NCBI GenBank assembly: GCA_002189035.1
Contig: NEEC01000012.1
Coordinates: 62,001-126,000 of the forward strand
DNA from: Utricularia gibba
Lineage: Eukaryota > Plantae > Magnoliophyta
DNA length: 64,000 nt
Direction: 5' to 3'
Part shown: in pieces, positions 63,642 to 64,000 of the stretch
Numbering within the stretch: the first letter of the stretch is position 1
Layout of the letters: each line of letters begins with the position of its first letter
Program-made: the position numbers and the translations under genes
Notes under the pieces: generated by a model
The model's database searches: none
Seen by the model: only the letters and a program-made list of their open reading frames with translations
What the model was told of the DNA's origin: nothing

Positions 63642-64000
63642 ATGCTGTCACCCAACCAACACGACCGTATAAGGGGGCCGTGGAGCCCTGAAGAAGACCA
63701 CTTATTGCAGAAACTGGTTGATACGCATGGGCCCAGGAACTGGTCCCTCATTAGCAAATCCATACCCGCCCGATCCGGTAAATCCTGCCGTCTAAGGTGG
63801 TGGAACCAGCTTTCTCCGCAGGTGGAGCACCGCGCCTTCACGCCGGAGGAGGACGAGGCAATCCTACGTGCGCACGCCGAGTTTGGGAACAAATGGGCAA
63901 CCATCGCGCGGCTTCTCTCCGGTCGTACGGATAACGCGATTAAGAACCACTGGAACTCGACCCTGAAGCGCAAGTGTGTGTCGATGTCGGCGGAGGAGTT
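63642..64000 (+). CDS. Intronless R2R3-MYB (MYB44/73/77, subgroup 22-like), truncated by the window end
   Basis: [19 protein letters not shown]...[28 protein letters not shown]...[30 protein letters not shown]; TATAAA at 63543-63548. Confidence 0.93.
   Translation, partial: MLSPNQHDRIRGPWSPEEDHLLQKLVDTHGPRNWSLISKSIPARSGKSCRLRWWNQLSPQVEHRAFTPEEDEAILRAHAEFGNKWATIARLLSGRTDNAIKNHWNSTLKRKCVSMSAEE

Overview
Angiosperm nuclear euchromatin (probably eudicot; species not identifiable): about 11 host genes between clusters of decayed transposons. 1-10.3 kb: a minus-strand Tat-clade Ty3/gypsy element that has lost gag and its 5' LTR but carries a multi-exon antisense gene with its own TATA box, fused to a pseudogenised hAT element lacking its left TIR. 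11-24 kb: WRI1-like AP2 factor (9-nt micro-exon), HsfA2, CC-type glutaredoxin (1-bp frameshift), At5g56450-type ADP/ATP carrier (probable 1-bp frameshift), FtsH4, SPATULA/ALCATRAZ-like bHLH. 32-43 kb: kinesin-4, RD21-type granulin cysteine protease, DCL-like protein. 48-57 kb: a Ty1/copia shell whose interior is a strand-alternating patchwork of at least three retroelement families, a Tat integrase relic and a solo LTR with perfect TSD. 58-63 kb: a Mutator-like element containing an unedited mitochondrial cox1 fragment, then an intronless R2R3-MYB cut by the window end. Best leads: the spliced antisense gene in the Tat element, the scrambled retroelement mosaic, and the cox1-bearing MULE. All family assignments are from motif recognition by eye; no database search was run.
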